NCBI GenBank assembly: GCA_028023455.1
Contig: JAQFVV010000005.1
Coordinates: forward strand, 8,680,001 to 8,744,000
Source of the DNA: Epiperipatus broadwayi
Taxonomy: Eukaryota > Animalia > Onychophora
Length of the DNA: 64,000 bases
Direction of reading: 5' to 3'
In this document: one piece after another, positions 62,070 through 64,000 of the stretch
Position numbering within the stretch: the first letter of the stretch is position 1
How the letters are laid out: every line of letters starts with the position of its first letter
The notes under the pieces: generated by a model
What the model was told of the DNA's origin: nothing
The model's database searches: none
Seen by the model: only the letters and a program-made list of their open reading frames with translations
Translations under genes and position numbers: made by a program

Positions 62070-62700
62070 CTGTACCCTCACATTAGTAGAAACTTTGATA
62101 ATTGAAGTGTATATAATATTTACATTAAATAATTATCAATAAAAGTGTCACAAAAATAATAAATTTTATTAAATACAATAAATAATAATTTTAAAATAAA
62201 TTATTTTATGTATCTTATGATAATTTTTAAAATGGCTGTGAAGTTTTGATATAGTGGTATGTGCAACTGAGAAATTAAATGTGTGGTCCAAAAAAAATGT
62301 AATTATATTTACATAATAAAATTTTATCTTGGATTACCAAAACTATAATTTTAAAAACAAAGCAAAACTCTCCATACAAGAGGTAGTGATCATGTGATGC
62401 TTAATGGCAAAACTATAATTCTATTTCTGTAGTTTGTATTTCAATATGTAGGCCATGACACAATTTTATTTCTTGTAATTGTACCCTCATATTAGTAGAA
62501 ACTTTAATAATTAAAATATATTTATGTAATACTTATATGAAAATAATTATCAATGGCAGTCTCACAAAAGGGATGTTTTATTCAATACAATAATAATTTT
62601 AAAGTAAATTACTTTATATTTCTTATGTGATAATTTTTAAAATGGCTATGAAGTTTTAATATACTGGATTGTGCAAGTGAGAAATTAAATACATGGTCTA
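62070..62700 (+). repeat. Old direct repeat (~220 bp, period ~410), partial third copy near 61830-61990
   Basis: tgtaccctca.attagtagaaacttt.ataatt...gataatttttaaaatggct.tgaagtttt occurs twice. Confidence 0.75.
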
Positions 62701-63283
62701 AGCAAAATTTAATTATTTTAAATTATATTTATACAATAACACTCTAAATTGATTTATTAAAAAGTATAATTCTCTCCATTTATGTAGTGTGTATATCAAC
62801 CTGACAGTTATAACATTTTTAATCAGTATTGTTCTTTTTTTGCACTTTTATGACATCATTGATGCATTTATATTGCAAATTACTAATGTTTTTAAAATAA
62901 TTAAATACTATAAAGCAAAAATTCATAGCCTATGAAATTCTCCACACAAAAAAAGGAAAAATTGTGCAAGATTCATCAATATTGGTGAAATATTTGTTGA
63001 GTTATAAAGTAACAAACAAACAAAACTTAAGTTGCAAGGAAATCAAGTCATATATCACATGATCTAATTTTATACACTTGTATTATAAATGTTATATATT
63101 GAGCATATCAATATTGCTAAAACTATTAATATATGGTGTATCTGAATTTGGTTCAGTCCCATATGGCTATTTAAGTTAGCTGGATTTGAAGACATGGATG
63201 TCTGAAAATTTAAGATTTTCTACTTAATAGTTAAACATTAGATAAAGTGCTGGCTTGACCTGGTATTTTAAATCTAACACAGA

Positions 63284-63345
63284 AATATCCTAGCACCTCA
63301 TTGATGACAGCCAGAGCTAGAAGCTAGTTTGAGGATAGGGATATT
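63284..63345 (+). ncRNA. Degenerate type I hammerhead (family 3), copy 1
   Basis: AATATCC-TAGCA-CCTCA-TTGATGA-C-AGC-CAGA-GCT-A-GAAG-CTAGT-T-TGAGG-ATAG-GGATATT. Confidence 0.6.
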
Positions 63346-63657
63346 CTGAAAAGCTTGTTAATATTGGTGGGCTCATTATATAATGTTTGTAGTGCAAGCT
63401 TATAAAATTAGGTCATTGGATGTATGACTTGATTCTCTTGCAATTATTGTTTTTGCTCTTAAAGCTTTGGCAATTTTCTATTGCTAAAGCTATTAATATA
63501 TGGTGTATCTGAACTTGGTTCAATCCCATATGGCTATTTAAGTTAGATAGCTGGATTTGAAGATATATGGATATCTAAAATTTTTACATTTTATATATAA
63601 TACTTGAACATTAGATAAAGTACTGGGCTTGACTTAGTATTTTAAATCTAAAGCTAG

Positions 63658-63718
63658 AATATCATAGTCCTCACTGACAACAGCCAGAGCTAGAAACTGC
63701 TCTGAGGATAGGGATATT
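63658..63718 (+). ncRNA. Degenerate type I hammerhead (family 3), copy 2
   Basis: AATATC-ATAG-TCCTCA-CTGACAA-C-AGC-CAGA-GCT-A-GAAAC-TGC-TC-TGAGGA-TAGG-GATATT. Confidence 0.6.
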
Positions 63719-64000
63719 TTGAAAATCTTGTTAAGAACTATTGGCAAGCTCATTATATAATATAAAACTTTAAGTTAGTTGAATTTGATCACAATCTTTT
63801 TTTTGACTCTTAATAAACTTATATCAAAAATTATTCTGAATTACTTCTTTTATAATTCCTATTCTCACTAAGATTGCTGATTTCTTATGGTTTTAATTTT
63901 TTTTTTTTTTTTTTTAATGTTCAATTTGCAAATTTTTTCAGTTTGTTCAAAAAGTTAAGTTACTGTATATGTGGTTTTAGTTGATTAATCAGTCCTTGTT

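Larger units (their letters stand above)
63112..63761 (+). repeat. Diverged tandem dimer (~370-nt period), each unit with a hammerhead relic (family 3)
   Basis: tattgctaaa.ctattaatatatggtgtatctgaa.ttggttca at 63112 and 63479. Confidence 0.85.

Overview
Very AT-rich animal (probably arthropod) genomic DNA made up mostly of decayed and nested transposable elements. These are two hAT/Buster-type transposase relics, a Merlin/IS1595-like family, three Gypsy/Ty3 LTR elements, a full-length RTE LINE plus a 5' fragment, and a PHD+SGNH-esterase-ORF1 LINE plus a 3' fragment. There is also a tRNA-Gly pseudogene and one host-like C2H2 zinc-finger ORF. The main signal missing from the ORF track is RNA. 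(1) At least three, probably four, sequence-distinct non-coding repeat families carry type I hammerhead ribozyme (HHR) folds with a palindromic helix III. The clearest is a 402-nt tandem monomer arranged as a ~1.6-kb foldback at 57.05-58.62 kb, which looks like a retrozyme/circular-RNA unit. (2) Four short foldback insertions share one signature, an inverted short arm plus a long arm with a 35-45-nt tail and a 12-15-bp target-site duplication (TSD), consistent with Penelope-like mobilisation. (3) An HDV/CPEB3-like ribozyme fold sits at the RTE 5' end, and its predicted cut site coincides with the TSD boundary. A 36-nt-periodic array of four PBS-like (anti-tRNA-3'-end) motifs lies behind one Gypsy LTR. 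All folds, alignments and coordinates were worked out by eye; no database searches or folding programs were run.
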